From: a virus
Direction: 5' to 3' (one strand)
IMG/VR virus record: IMGVR_UViG_3300017917_002228
Coordinates: 96,496 to 160,495 of that record
DNA length: 64,000 bases
The translations under genes and the position numbers were made by a program. Positions 43,227-54,518 of this stretch are shown here, piece after piece. The notes beneath the pieces were generated by a model. The model saw only the letters and a program-made list of their open reading frames with translations. It did no database searches and had not been told where the DNA came from. Every line of letters starts with the position of its first letter. Position 1 is the stretch's first letter.

Positions 43227-45119
43227 ATGGCTATTGATAACTTTACAGATAATCCGCAGCAAATGAGAAAGGTTGTAAACCGTGAAGGTGACAGCGTAGA
43301 AAGAAGCAGCGGACCAAATGCTATAGATGGTGGAATTAAATATCCATCATATGAGGTATCTGTAAAAGACAAACCGGGACAAGGAAGTGATCAAGTCATA
43401 ACCCATGTCGGGCCTGGTTCAGGTACATCAGTAGGTTCAGGTAAATCTACCGATGTTCAAGGATTTGTATCTGCTACAGGCAACAAGGTAGTAATCGACA
43501 ACACATTTGGTTCTGACACTATCGTATTACAGCATCATACAGGTGCTACTATTATGATTGACGCTGACGGCTCGGTACATATGGTATCAGCTGGTAAAAA
43601 AGGTGTTGGTCTTATATCACCAAAAGGTGATGGTACTGTTTATGCTAAAAACCATCTTATATTAAAAGCAGATGGTAAGCTTACTATTGAGACTGATGGC
43701 GACTTAGATCTTAACGTTGGCGGCAATTTTAGCTTACACGTTGAAGGTGATATGTCAACTTATGTTGAAGGCTCAGTAGAAGAGTCTGTAGACGGTAATA
43801 AAATTACAGAGATAGTTAAAGATAATCTAACTACTATTGCTGGTGATAATAGATTAACTGTTGCTGGTAATATGTGGACTCAAGTTACTAATGGCAAGAC
43901 TATTGACGTAGGTAAAGACTTCACTATGCGAACAGATGGTAATGCTCTTATTACATCCATCAAGGCTATGTCTTTACAAGCTAAAGAAAACTTAGCTATA
44001 GATTCTAAAAAGACTATGGCAATTAGAGCAACAGAAGATATTGGATTTAGCACTAAAGAATCTTTCTTCGTTGCAGCAGACGGTCCTATTGGATTAAGTG
44101 CTAAACAATCTATAACTACTAAATCTATAGGTACATCTAGCTTTGAGTCAATGTCATCACTTAAAGTAATTTCAGGTGGAAGCACTAAGTTATCTGCTAC
44201 TGGCGGATATACTATGCATGCTTTGGGTAATATTGATATTAGAGGATTTAGAACAGACGTACAAGCAGGCGGCCCGTTTCCAGACATTCCTACCCCTCCT
44301 GGTGATCCTTCTGATGCCTTAGAAGCACCTCAAGCACAATACGCAACAGCTGAGATGATTATTGATAGTGTTTCTACAGTTAGAGAAGCACCAGACTTTC
44401 CTCGTAATGCTAAGAGAATGTCTGCAGAAAGAATGTCTCTATATGAGAATGAAGGTCAAACTCCTAATCCAAAAGCTAAAGCTGCAGCTGCTGGTAATAG
44501 AGGTGCTGGTATTAGTGTAAACATCGAATCAGCTGGTGTAACACTACCTTCAATGAATACTAATGCATACGACAGACCAGCAGGATCTGTAACTGGTACT
44601 GGACGAGCAGAACAGAATCCTATGCCAGTTCCTCGTTCAGTTCTTAACTCTAACGAGAAAATATCTCGTCACGTTACTGTTGGTATGATTATAGGTATTA
44701 GACAGTGTCCAGGATCTAGCCAACAAGCAGTACTAAAAGAAGCTGCTAATATTGCTTGGAATATTATTGATCCTCTTATAGATAAGTTTGGTAACAGAAT
44801 CTATATTACAAGCTGGTATAGAAATAATTCTTCTAATCACATCAAAGGTGGCGCAGTTGACTTAAGAGCTGCTAATAAGCAAGACGTTCAGTTAACTGCA
44901 GAGATTGCTGCATTTGTTAGAGACAATTTACCGTTTAGTAAGATTCTTCTAGAAAAAAATGATAGCCCTGGCATTCACGTTCATTTAGAATCAGCTCAAC
45001 CTGGCCAGCAAGGTGGAGGAACAGTTCTTACTTGTGCTGATCCTAAGTGTAACAGTAGTGTGTCCGGCCTACAATTATCTTATGCGGTAGCTGCTTTGAA
45101 GGGTAATAGAACAGCATGA
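43227..45119 (+). CDS. gp5 C-terminal beta-helix spike fused to an M15-type peptidase domain
   Basis: H.TGA...I.ADGS, V.G-type beta-helix repeats; ITSWYR, NHIKGGAVD (Hx6D), IHVH. Confidence 0.8.
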   Translation: MAIDNFTDNPQQMRKVVNREGDSVERSSGPNAIDGGIKYPSYEVSVKDKPGQGSDQVITHVGPGSGTSVGSGKSTDVQGFVSATGNKVVIDNTFGSDTIVLQHHTGATIMIDADGSVHMVSAGKKGVGLISPKGDGTVYAKNHLILKADGKLTIETDGDLDLNVGGNFSLHVEGDMSTYVEGSVEESVDGNKITEIVKDNLTTIAGDNRLTVAGNMWTQVTNGKTIDVGKDFTMRTDGNALITSIKAMSLQAKENLAIDSKKTMAIRATEDIGFSTKESFFVAADGPIGLSAKQSITTKSIGTSSFESMSSLKVISGGSTKLSATGGYTMHALGNIDIRGFRTDVQAGGPFPDIPTPPGDPSDALEAPQAQYATAEMIIDSVSTVREAPDFPRNAKRMSAERMSLYENEGQTPNPKAKAAAAGNRGAGISVNIESAGVTLPSMNTNAYDRPAGSVTGTGRAEQNPMPVPRSVLNSNEKISRHVTVGMIIGIRQCPGSSQQAVLKEAANIAWNIIDPLIDKFGNRIYITSWYRNNSSNHIKGGAVDLRAANKQDVQLTAEIAAFVRDNLPFSKILLEKNDSPGIHVHLESAQPGQQGGGTVLTCADPKCNSSVSGLQLSYAVAALKGNRTA

Positions 45120-46285
45120 GTTATGTTTTAAATTCCAGCACCATGTCATTGGTGCAAAAGAGTGTACTACAACAACCTGGCTTCTTTGGTAGTGAGCAAG
45201 GATCAGATACCTTTAGTTCTTTTAATAATGCTATTAACATAGCTACTGCTGTAGCAGGTTTTGCGCAAAATTTACAATCACAAACAGCTCCTAAAAATTA
45301 TGTAAGAACTGCTAGAAATTATCTACTAACTACAGCAGAAAAACAAGCTATTAATACTAAAGCATTAGAGCTAGCAACTGTAGGAGTTATACCTTACGAT
45401 CAATTATCTAACTTCTTTTACATACTAGCTGCTTTAGAGAATCAATCTGACTTAGCTTACATAGGTAACGTTGTAGGTATTCCGGAGATGGATAATCCTA
45501 TATTTGTTAGAAATATTAGAGGTATTCTAAAATTAAAAGATATCTACAAAATTGGATATCTTGCTAGTGCAGTTGCAACTGTAATACAGACCTTTGCTCC
45601 GCAATATCAAAGTGCACAGCAAGCTGGTGGTCCTAAGAACTCTTCTGATGTTCTATCTAATATTAATAATCTATTAGGTGGAGCAAATATGTTATTATCA
45701 CTTACTGGTGGAAGTGCTGTAGGTAATTTTCTATCTGAACTAGTAACTGGTTCTAGATTATCTACACAGCAAATAGCACGCAATCCTAATCTATCTCCTC
45801 CTTCTTATCAAGGCAAGGCATTCTTTGGAGAATCTATGGTTAGTCTTCCAGCTGTAGATCAGTTATTTGCTCGTAAGGTAGGTGCATTCTCTCTTGAGAG
45901 TAGTGCAGTAGGTGCATTAAGTTTTGGATTACAAAATTTCGGATCTTTCTCTAGCGGTATTCCTATCAATCAAGTTATCAGTAAATTTACTACCGGTTCT
46001 TTTAGCATACCTGACCCTAGTTCATTTATTGGTGGTAATATGAATACTCTTATTAATAATACTACCAATATTCTAAACGTAAGTCCTACATCAGTTATTG
46101 AGATGTTTAGAGGTGATAATGCTATTCCGTTTATGACTGGATTCTCAGCTGCTATTAGTGAACAAGTACAATCTATCTTTAGTATAGATATCTTTTCAGA
46201 AGGATGGAATATGGCGTCTTCTGTTGCTAATCAAGTACAGAATATAAACCCAGGCTTCCTAGCAGCTTGCATAACCTCATTATAA
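45116..46285 (+). CDS. Hypothetical baseplate-region protein
   Basis: Long ORF coupled to the gp5 C-terminal gene. Confidence 0.65.
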   Translation: MSYVLNSSTMSLVQKSVLQQPGFFGSEQGSDTFSSFNNAINIATAVAGFAQNLQSQTAPKNYVRTARNYLLTTAEKQAINTKALELATVGVIPYDQLSNFFYILAALENQSDLAYIGNVVGIPEMDNPIFVRNIRGILKLKDIYKIGYLASAVATVIQTFAPQYQSAQQAGGPKNSSDVLSNINNLLGGANMLLSLTGGSAVGNFLSELVTGSRLSTQQIARNPNLSPPSYQGKAFFGESMVSLPAVDQLFARKVGAFSLESSAVGALSFGLQNFGSFSSGIPINQVISKFTTGSFSIPDPSSFIGGNMNTLINNTTNILNVSPTSVIEMFRGDNAIPFMTGFSAAISEQVQSIFSIDIFSEGWNMASSVANQVQNINPGFLAACITSL

Positions 46286-46288
46286 ATA
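46281..46288 (+). promoter_or_regulatory. Late promoter TATAAATA
   Basis: Exact match 5 nt before the gp25 ATG at 46294, which suggests a near-leaderless mRNA. Confidence 0.7.
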
Positions 46289-46293
46289 ATCAT

Positions 46294-46683
46294 ATGGCTA
46301 CACAAATACTTTACAAAGATATACCTATAAACATGACAGTTCACCCTATCAAGGGTGATCTTACTTTAGCTACAAACGCTGATGCTATCAAGCGTTCAAT
46401 ACTTAATTTATTATTTACAGAGCCATATGAAAGGTTCTTTAATCCTAATCTAGGTGCAGGATTAAAGGCGTATTTGTTTGAGAATATATCAAAAGATACT
46501 GAATATGTTATTCGCGAAAAGATAGTAGAAACTATTAGTAATTATGAGCCTAGAGCAGAGCTTATAGAAGTAAATGTAAAAGCAATGCCAGATGATAATT
46601 TATACACCGCTACTGTTGTTTTTGCGATCGCTAATAGCAGAACACCAGTAACTCTAGATCTAATTCTTAGAAGAGTAAGATAA
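46294..46683 (+). CDS. 25: Baseplate wedge subunit (T4 gp25)
   Basis: YKD....HP..GDL....N..AIKRSI.NL..T...ER.F.P..G, YEPRA. Confidence 0.92.
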   Translation: MATQILYKDIPINMTVHPIKGDLTLATNADAIKRSILNLLFTEPYERFFNPNLGAGLKAYLFENISKDTEYVIREKIVETISNYEPRAELIEVNVKAMPDDNLYTATVVFAIANSRTPVTLDLILRRVR

Positions 46684-48467
46684 TGGCTAATCAAGGATTT
46701 TTATCCGTCTCTGAAGTTGACTTTGACGGTATTAAACAGAACCTTAAAACATACTTAAAAGGTAGACCAGAGTTTACCGATTATGATTTTGACGGTTCAA
46801 ACCTTAATGCTCTTCTAGACATACTAGCATATAACACTTATATGAATGCTTACTATCTAAACATGGTAGGAAGTGAAATGTTTTTAGATACTGCGCAGAT
46901 TAAAGCATCAGTAGTATCTCATGCTAAAGAATTAAACTATGTGCCGCGTTCAAAAACATCTGCTAGAGCTTTAGTTCAGTTTAATATTAACACAGGCGGT
47001 GCTTTACCTGCTACTATAGTTATACCTGAAAACTATACACTAAGAACAGTAGTAGATGGTGTTAATCTAGATTTTACAACAGAAGAAGATATTGTAGTTA
47101 GCACAACAACCGGAACCTATTTAAGTGATCAGGTATATGTTTACGAAGGTAAAGTAGTAGAAGAACTCTTTACTGTATCAGCTAACACCAGATACATTCT
47201 TCAGTCTACCAACGTAGATACAAATAGTATTAAAGTAATAGTCATTAATTCTGCAAACGATTCTACTAATACTGAATTTAAATATGCAGAAAGTCTTTTT
47301 GGTCTAAACTCTAACTCTCAAGTATTTTATGTACAGGGTTATAGTTCAGATCAATATGAAATAGTGTTTGGTGATGGTGTATTTGGTCAACCACTTTCAC
47401 CAGGTAATATAGTAAAAGTTAAATATCGTTCAACCAATGGTGAACTAGGTAATAAAGTAACTAATCTACAACCTACTGCTTTCGTAGATGGTTACCCAGT
47501 GAGTGTAAACGTTTTAGTAGCAGCTGCTGATGGATCAGAAAGAGAAGATACTGATTCGGTTAAGTTTTATGCTCCAAGACATTTCAGTACACAAAACAGA
47601 GCAGTAACTAAGGAAGACTTTATTAACCTTATTCGTCAAAAGTTTCCACAAATCAAAACAGTAAACGTATATGGCGGTGAGGAAGCTGATCCTCCTCTAT
47701 ATGGTAAGGCTATTGTAACTCTAATCCCGTATGGTAATGTACCAATTGTATCACAAGAGTTAAAACAATCAATAGTAAACTATTTAAAGAGTAAAACAGT
47801 AACAACAGAAGCAGTTATTGTAGATCCAGAATACATGTATATAGAAGTGGTATCTACAGTAACATATCAAGCTTCTTTAACTAACAAGACAATTACACAG
47901 ATTAAATCAGATGTTATTAACCAAATTAAAGCTTATGATGCAGCGTATCTGGCTAATTTTGGTGATGATCTTCGTAAGTCTAAGCTTGATGCTATGATTG
48001 ATGCTTCAGATGCATCTATAGTAAGCAACCAGACAGCTGTGAGAGCTGTATATAAAATTTCTCCTAGAAAAACTGTTAGAGAGATTTTAAAGTTTTCTTT
48101 CTCTAATCCTATTGACCATCCTATTAATGCAGCTTATGCTCCTGGACAACCAGAAGCAATTAAGAGTAATACATTCACATATTTTAAGAATAACACGTTG
48201 TACAACAATGCAGTGTTATCTGATGATGGTTTAGGAAATTTAAGAATTTATTATTCAGTACCAGGCATACCTGTTATTGTTTTAGAACCTAACGTCGGTA
48301 CAATAGACTACACTACAGGTAACGTTGAGTTAGATGTTAACATATATGACTATAACAACACTATTGACATTGCTGCTAAGATTGCTACATCTGACATCAG
48401 TGTCAAAGAAAGCAAATTCTTAAGAATTGACTACTCAAAAATTAACGTCAGTGTTAATGCAATCTAA
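46683..48467 (+). CDS. 6: Baseplate wedge subunit (T4 gp6)
   Basis: DFD.IK.NLK.YL....EFTDYDF.GS....LLD.LAYNT, Q.RAVT..D. Confidence 0.93.
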   Translation: MANQGFLSVSEVDFDGIKQNLKTYLKGRPEFTDYDFDGSNLNALLDILAYNTYMNAYYLNMVGSEMFLDTAQIKASVVSHAKELNYVPRSKTSARALVQFNINTGGALPATIVIPENYTLRTVVDGVNLDFTTEEDIVVSTTTGTYLSDQVYVYEGKVVEELFTVSANTRYILQSTNVDTNSIKVIVINSANDSTNTEFKYAESLFGLNSNSQVFYVQGYSSDQYEIVFGDGVFGQPLSPGNIVKVKYRSTNGELGNKVTNLQPTAFVDGYPVSVNVLVAAADGSEREDTDSVKFYAPRHFSTQNRAVTKEDFINLIRQKFPQIKTVNVYGGEEADPPLYGKAIVTLIPYGNVPIVSQELKQSIVNYLKSKTVTTEAVIVDPEYMYIEVVSTVTYQASLTNKTITQIKSDVINQIKAYDAAYLANFGDDLRKSKLDAMIDASDASIVSNQTAVRAVYKISPRKTVREILKFSFSNPIDHPINAAYAPGQPEAIKSNTFTYFKNNTLYNNAVLSDDGLGNLRIYYSVPGIPVIVLEPNVGTIDYTTGNVELDVNIYDYNNTIDIAAKIATSDISVKESKFLRIDYSKINVSVNAI

Positions 48468-50065
48468 TGCTAGATCTTAAAAATATTGCCCCTTTAGTAG
48501 AACAACAATTTCCTTCTTTTTATAAAGAAGATGGTCCTAATTTTGTTCAGTTCGTTAAAGCATATTACGAATGGCTTGATGAGCAAGGACCAATCTATAA
48601 AACTAGAAGATTGTTTGAAACTACAGACATTGATGATACTGCTGAGCAGTATGTAGATTATTTTATGAAGAAGTATATGCATGGTATACCTAATCGTATA
48701 CTTGCAAATAAAAGACTTCTTGAAAAACACATTCTTGATGTTTATAGATCTAAGGGATCTATTGAAGGTTTAAAACTACTATTCAGACTATTATATAATG
48801 AAGAAATCGACGTTTATGTGCCTGAAGTAGATATGTTAAGAGCTTCTCATAGCACATGGCTAAAGAGACGTTACTTAGAAGTATCTCCTACAAATAAGCA
48901 CTTTGAGTATGACAATCAATACATTACAGGTACTACCTCAGGTGCATCTGCTTATGTTTCATCAGCAGAAAAAATATATCTAGGAAATCAGATCGTTTAT
49001 GTTCTTTATCTTTCAGATTTAAACGACGGCCCTGCTGGCACTTCTTTCTTAAAAGGTGAGTATGTATTATACGATAATCTTAATATTAACGATGCTGCAT
49101 TTATTAGAGGGTCAGCTGTAAGTGCTGAAATTATAGGATCATCAGAAGGCTTTGATACTGGTGATGTATTAGCTACTAACTCTTTTTTCACTACAACTGG
49201 TGAAGATGTAAAATATAATGTCAGTGCATTAATAGATCCTAATAAGAGCAAAGGCTTCTTATCATTTAAAATTTTAGATGGTGGTTACGGATATACTACT
49301 GGTGCTTTAGTAGATATCTACCCAGGTAGTAATACCAAAGGTTCTGGCGCAACCTTTAAAGTCGGCTCTATTACTAATACATCTCTATACACTGTTAACT
49401 TTAACTATATCGATGCAGAAGCTAATACCTTAATTAGTGCAGTAGATTATGGTGCTAATCTTAACTTTGCAGATGTTTTAACTATTATAGATACTGCATT
49501 TAATGATGCAGATATTACTATAGGTTCTATTGCATCTCTTACCGGTATATCTTCTGGTGATAAGCAATACAATGGTACTGTTGAGCCTGTAGTTACAGAG
49601 CCTCTAATACTTGGCTACGGTATTGCAGATGATAGAGGCGGTTTCTGGGGTAACAATGCTATAATAACCGGACGACCTGCAACAGGTAATGGTGTAATTT
49701 CTAACGTAGTTATCTTATCTTCAGGCTTTGGATTTAATACTCAAGGTCAGCAAATAAACTTCTTTAATGAAGCTAATAATAATCTTCAAGCATCTCTTTC
49801 AATTAACGTAGGTGGTGTAGGTGTAGAGGAAGGTCAATTTCTTGATGAGACTGGCTTCTTAAATGCTAACAAATATTTACAAGATAGCTACTACTATCAA
49901 GAATATTCTTATGAGATTAGATGTTCTAGATCTCTAGATAAATATTTTGATATACTCAAACAAATTATGCACCCAATAGGAAACAAAGTGTTTGGTAAAC
50001 CAGTTATGTCAGATTCTATAGTAATAGGAATAACTGTAGCAAACGCTAGTGTAACGGTAAGTTAA
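48467..50065 (+). CDS. Baseplate wedge initiator (gp7-like)
   Basis: F.KAYYEWL, Y.SKGS......LFR.LY, LQDSYYYQEYSY, HP.G.K.FG. Confidence 0.75.
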   Translation: MLDLKNIAPLVEQQFPSFYKEDGPNFVQFVKAYYEWLDEQGPIYKTRRLFETTDIDDTAEQYVDYFMKKYMHGIPNRILANKRLLEKHILDVYRSKGSIEGLKLLFRLLYNEEIDVYVPEVDMLRASHSTWLKRRYLEVSPTNKHFEYDNQYITGTTSGASAYVSSAEKIYLGNQIVYVLYLSDLNDGPAGTSFLKGEYVLYDNLNINDAAFIRGSAVSAEIIGSSEGFDTGDVLATNSFFTTTGEDVKYNVSALIDPNKSKGFLSFKILDGGYGYTTGALVDIYPGSNTKGSGATFKVGSITNTSLYTVNFNYIDAEANTLISAVDYGANLNFADVLTIIDTAFNDADITIGSIASLTGISSGDKQYNGTVEPVVTEPLILGYGIADDRGGFWGNNAIITGRPATGNGVISNVVILSSGFGFNTQGQQINFFNEANNNLQASLSINVGGVGVEEGQFLDETGFLNANKYLQDSYYYQEYSYEIRCSRSLDKYFDILKQIMHPIGNKVFGKPVMSDSIVIGITVANASVTVS

Positions 50066-50067
50066 AA

Positions 50068-51576
50068 ATGGCTGGTAATATTACACAAGCATTTAAAAAT
50101 AAATTTATTAATCAATTTATTAATGATGTAAAAAGTAATACATCTAATTACTACATTTCATTTGGTCGTAACTACTCATGGCCTGATGATATGAACCCTC
50201 CGCCAGCTAATACTAGTTTAACTGTAGGCTTTATTGACGTCTATAGAGATATGCTATTTGGTAAAAAGATATCTGCAACAGATATTGCTTATATGACCAA
50301 AAGAGTTGACTGGACTTCTGGTACTGTATATGATATATTTGATGATCTAGATCCTAATCTATATGATAAACAATTTTTTGTAATGAATAGCTCTTACAGA
50401 GTATATAAATGTTTAGATAATAATTATGGAGCGCCTTCCACTATAGAGCCCAACTCATTTGGAAACAACGGCGATTTTAATACTCCAGACGGTTATAAAT
50501 GGAAATATATGTTTACGGTTAACAGCTACAACCGTAATAAATTCATGACGTCAGAGTTTATCCCAGTCATTCCAGATCAAAATGTAGTTAGAGCAGCCGA
50601 AAGAGGCGCTATTCACACTATATTAGTAAACACTTCTGGTAATAACTATATTGATGCAAGCGGTACTATTGAACAAGTTATTAGTTCTAGATTGTTTAAG
50701 CTCGCTAACAATGGTCCTTCTGTTATTAACGGTGCTTATAATCTTTCTACATTTTACGTAGTAGATGCAGCAGGCAACTACGATGATGGTCATTCTACAA
50801 TTTTAAATTATGTTGCGAATGCATCTGGTAAGTTTGTAGCAACAGATACGGATATTAACGTACAAACAGTATCTACTTTGTATTATAAGATATGCCCACA
50901 AGTTCAGATACTAGGTGACGGGCAAGAAGCATTTGCAGTAGCACATGTTAATGCAGTTACTACTGCTATTGATTCTATTGAAGTAATTAATAGAGGGTAT
51001 GACTATAGTTACGGTTCAGTTAACATAGTAGCTAATACAAACTTTGGTTCGGGAGCTACTGCTAGAGTTGTAATATCACCAGCTAACGGGCATGGTGCAG
51101 ATGCTATTACTGAATTAGGATGCGATACAATAGGCATGTCTCTAGAGACAGATACATCAGATAATCTACCTGATTGGATTGCTTACAGACAAATAGGACT
51201 ACTTCACAATCCAGTTGCTTCTGCAAACGGTGCTCTATTTAATAATACTACATTTAATCAGATGCTAGTATTTGATATCTTTAACGTATTTGATATTATG
51301 CCTGAAGGTGAAATCATCACAGGTTTAACTAGTGGTGCAACAGGAACAGTAGTTTATATGTCAACTACTCAACTTTATGTTGGATTTACTAGCGGAACAT
51401 TCTTACCGTTTGAAACACTCATTGGTCAATATACCGGATTTACTTGTTCAATTAATGCAATAAATAGTAGAGATTTAGTACCACTGTCTGGTAAATTGTA
51501 TTACTATAGAAACTTTGAACCAATTTCTAGAATTGGGTTGAATTCAGAACAAGTTAAGATATACTTTAAGATCTAA
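50068..51576 (+). CDS. 8: Baseplate wedge subunit (T4 gp8)
   Basis: R.DW.SGT.YD, VYKCLDN, DGYKWKYM, GHG.D...ELG. Confidence 0.85.
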   Translation: MAGNITQAFKNKFINQFINDVKSNTSNYYISFGRNYSWPDDMNPPPANTSLTVGFIDVYRDMLFGKKISATDIAYMTKRVDWTSGTVYDIFDDLDPNLYDKQFFVMNSSYRVYKCLDNNYGAPSTIEPNSFGNNGDFNTPDGYKWKYMFTVNSYNRNKFMTSEFIPVIPDQNVVRAAERGAIHTILVNTSGNNYIDASGTIEQVISSRLFKLANNGPSVINGAYNLSTFYVVDAAGNYDDGHSTILNYVANASGKFVATDTDINVQTVSTLYYKICPQVQILGDGQEAFAVAHVNAVTTAIDSIEVINRGYDYSYGSVNIVANTNFGSGATARVVISPANGHGADAITELGCDTIGMSLETDTSDNLPDWIAYRQIGLLHNPVASANGALFNNTTFNQMLVFDIFNVFDIMPEGEIITGLTSGATGTVVYMSTTQLYVGFTSGTFLPFETLIGQYTGFTCSINAINSRDLVPLSGKLYYYRNFEPISRIGLNSEQVKIYFKI

Positions 51577-51585
51577 GGAAATAAA

Positions 51586-54516
51586 ATGGCTGATTTGCAG
51601 ACTAACTTTAATGTGGCGCCTTTTTATGATGACTACGATGAAGACAAGCAATATTATCGTATTCTGTTTCGCCCTGGCATAGCTATTCAGGCTAGAGAGC
51701 TTACACAAATCCAAACTATGATGCAAAAGCAAATATCGCGTTTTGGCGATAGCATCTATAAGGATGGCTCTATTATAGAAGGCTGCAACTTTACAACCGT
51801 ACCTGATCTTTCTCAAGTTAGATTTAAAGATAGTAATTCAGCCACTATTGACTTCTCTTTATTAACTCTTAATTACACTGACTATGCTAATTCTTATTTA
51901 CTAGTATCAAACACCACAGGTCTAAGAGCAGGTATATTCAGAGCATTTGAAGGATCTGAATCTGCAGTAGATCAAGGATCTCTAGACACTAATAGAGCTT
52001 ATGTTGTTTACGTGAACTCTGGTAATAGTGGTGGTAATATTGTTACCACTTTTGACCCAGCCGGAGGAGAGCAAATTGACGTTTACTCTCCAGCACAAGA
52101 TAGACAAGGACCTCTAAACCCTGCTAATTATGTTGGTGTCCATTATACAGTTACATCAAACAACACTGTAAATGCTCTTGGTATCGGTTATGGCATGAGA
52201 GTTGGTAGTGGTGTAATCTATCAAAAAGGCTTTTTTCAAAAAGCTCATCCAGTTAACTTTGTTATTAGAGAACACAGCTCTAACGCTGCAGGTATCAGAG
52301 TAGGTTTTGATACTACAGAATATATTGTTAAGCCTGCTTCTGATGCATCTCTATACGATAACTCACAAGGCTCAACTAACTTCTCTGCACCTGGTGCTTA
52401 TAGATTAAAGTTAGTACCAGAACCTATTTTTTACGACGCTTCAAATACTAGCGTTACTGTTCCTAAAAACTTCTTATCTGTAATTGAGTTTGATCAAGGT
52501 ACTGGTCAAATAGTAGAAGCATATCCAGATCCTCAATACAGCGCTATTATGGATACAATGGCTAAGCGCACTAAAGAAGAATCTGGTGATTACATTGTTA
52601 AGCAATTCCAAGTAGATGTGACTGCTCACGATTCAAATAACTTCTTATTCTACTATAACGCCTCTCCAGGTATAGGATACGTTGATGGTTATAGAGTAGA
52701 GTATCTTTCTCCTAGAAGAATTGCAGTAGAAAGAGCTATTAGCACTAACACAGCCTCTAACCAGGTTGTTACAGCTGGTTATGGTAACTACGTTTATTTT
52801 AAAGAGTTTGCAGGTATAGTAGATTATATTAATCTAACTGAAATTAACCTATATGACTCACCACAGCAAACTCTATCACTTTACCCATCAAGAACTAGCC
52901 CATCAGGCAACCTTGTTGGTAAAGCGAACGTAAGAGCAGTACAGTATGCTTCTGGTACTAAAGGTACTCCAGAATGTCAGCACATTCTTTACATTTTTAA
53001 CATTCGTATGAATGCTGGTAAAACTTTTGCTGGTGATGCAAAGAGTTTCTATTTTAACGGCTCGTATGGCGCCATATTTGGAGACTTTATATTAGATCCT
53101 TCTAACAGAGTTATAATATATGATTCTGGTATTGCTAAGGCATTGTTTGATACAGGTATTACTGGTGTTAAAAGCCTCACAGGTACAGGTGGTGTAAACG
53201 ATACTCAGTTTGTTTATAAGCCAATTATTGCTTCAGCATTCTCACCTACAGCTTCTGGATCACAAGCTTCGTTTATTATTCCAGGCCCAGACTACTTTAA
53301 CTATGGTTTAGGATTCTTTACTGACTTTGCTGACCAAGAATTAGATTTTATTTTTGGAGCAGATGCATTTTCTAAGAATCTAACATCTACTGCAACCGTA
53401 TCTACTTCTACTCCAACTACATCTACTATTACAGCTGGTGCTCCATTTACTGGTACATTATATGCTGGTAAAGATGTAGCTATCATTAACAGCGGCGGAA
53501 GTACAACATATCACTCAGTAGTAACAGTTAATAGTCCAACCTCGGTAACTGTTAAGCCTGCTTCAGCTGCAATCGGTTCTATTACAATGAGAGAGTTCTT
53601 TAAGAAAGGAACTCACTTAAACATGTTTGGTTCAGGCAATACTATCTTTGTTGATTCTCCTACACAAATCAACATCGATATTGATACTGAGTTGCTTGCT
53701 AACTATTCAGTATATGCTCAAATACCGGTTTCAAGAAACCCTGCTAACCCAATCAAGAAAGATGTACATAAAGGTACATACATAAAGATTGATTGTGCTA
53801 CTAATGCAGGTGGGGTGACCGGCCCATGGTGCTTAGGTTTACCTGATGTTTATAAAGTAACTAATGTTTATTTTGGTTCCACTTATTCACAATCAAACCC
53901 AGATAAGAGCGAATGGTTTGATCTAGCTCCTGGTCAGACAGATACTCATTACGGATTATCATACCTAGTATTGAATCCAAAATATAAAGGAAGCTTGACT
54001 TCTTCTTCTAAACTATTAGTTGAAGTATGTCACTTCTCACCTAATATTACATCATCTCAAGCTGGATTTATGTCTATTGATTCTTATCCAATAGATGATG
54101 CAAATACTGCTAACACTAGTGCAATTCAAACTGCAGAAATTCCAGTGTATGTAGATCAGTCACAGAACCGTTATGATCTAAGAAATATGATTGACTTTAG
54201 ATACTACATTGCACCTACTGCAGTAACAACTACCAACCCAGCTAGTGCTACAGTTAACCCTGCAACCAATATTAATACCTTCTACACACCTGCAGGTACA
54301 CTTGGTGTAGCACCTGATTCTGAATTCACATATGATGTTGAATTTTATATGCCAAGAAGAGATGCTCTGTTAATTAGTAAAGACGGAACACTAAATGTTA
54401 AGATGGGTGAACCATCTCGAGCTCCTAAGAGACCTGCAATAAATAAAGCAGGACTAGAAATTGCAGAGATTTATGTTCCTCCATATCCTTCACTAACATT
54501 CAAAGAAGCTGAGTAA
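51586..54516 (+). CDS. Large virion structural protein, N-terminal half (DUF4815/VrlC-like)
   Basis: NVAPFYDDY...YYRILFRPG...QARELTQ.Q; APGA.RLK; RT.EESGDY. Confidence 0.8.
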   Translation: MADLQTNFNVAPFYDDYDEDKQYYRILFRPGIAIQARELTQIQTMMQKQISRFGDSIYKDGSIIEGCNFTTVPDLSQVRFKDSNSATIDFSLLTLNYTDYANSYLLVSNTTGLRAGIFRAFEGSESAVDQGSLDTNRAYVVYVNSGNSGGNIVTTFDPAGGEQIDVYSPAQDRQGPLNPANYVGVHYTVTSNNTVNALGIGYGMRVGSGVIYQKGFFQKAHPVNFVIREHSSNAAGIRVGFDTTEYIVKPASDASLYDNSQGSTNFSAPGAYRLKLVPEPIFYDASNTSVTVPKNFLSVIEFDQGTGQIVEAYPDPQYSAIMDTMAKRTKEESGDYIVKQFQVDVTAHDSNNFLFYYNASPGIGYVDGYRVEYLSPRRIAVERAISTNTASNQVVTAGYGNYVYFKEFAGIVDYINLTEINLYDSPQQTLSLYPSRTSPSGNLVGKANVRAVQYASGTKGTPECQHILYIFNIRMNAGKTFAGDAKSFYFNGSYGAIFGDFILDPSNRVIIYDSGIAKALFDTGITGVKSLTGTGGVNDTQFVYKPIIASAFSPTASGSQASFIIPGPDYFNYGLGFFTDFADQELDFIFGADAFSKNLTSTATVSTSTPTTSTITAGAPFTGTLYAGKDVAIINSGGSTTYHSVVTVNSPTSVTVKPASAAIGSITMREFFKKGTHLNMFGSGNTIFVDSPTQINIDIDTELLANYSVYAQIPVSRNPANPIKKDVHKGTYIKIDCATNAGGVTGPWCLGLPDVYKVTNVYFGSTYSQSNPDKSEWFDLAPGQTDTHYGLSYLVLNPKYKGSLTSSSKLLVEVCHFSPNITSSQAGFMSIDSYPIDDANTANTSAIQTAEIPVYVDQSQNRYDLRNMIDFRYYIAPTAVTTTNPASATVNPATNINTFYTPAGTLGVAPDSEFTYDVEFYMPRRDALLISKDGTLNVKMGEPSRAPKRPAINKAGLEIAEIYVPPYPSLTFKEAE

Positions 54517-54518
54517 TC

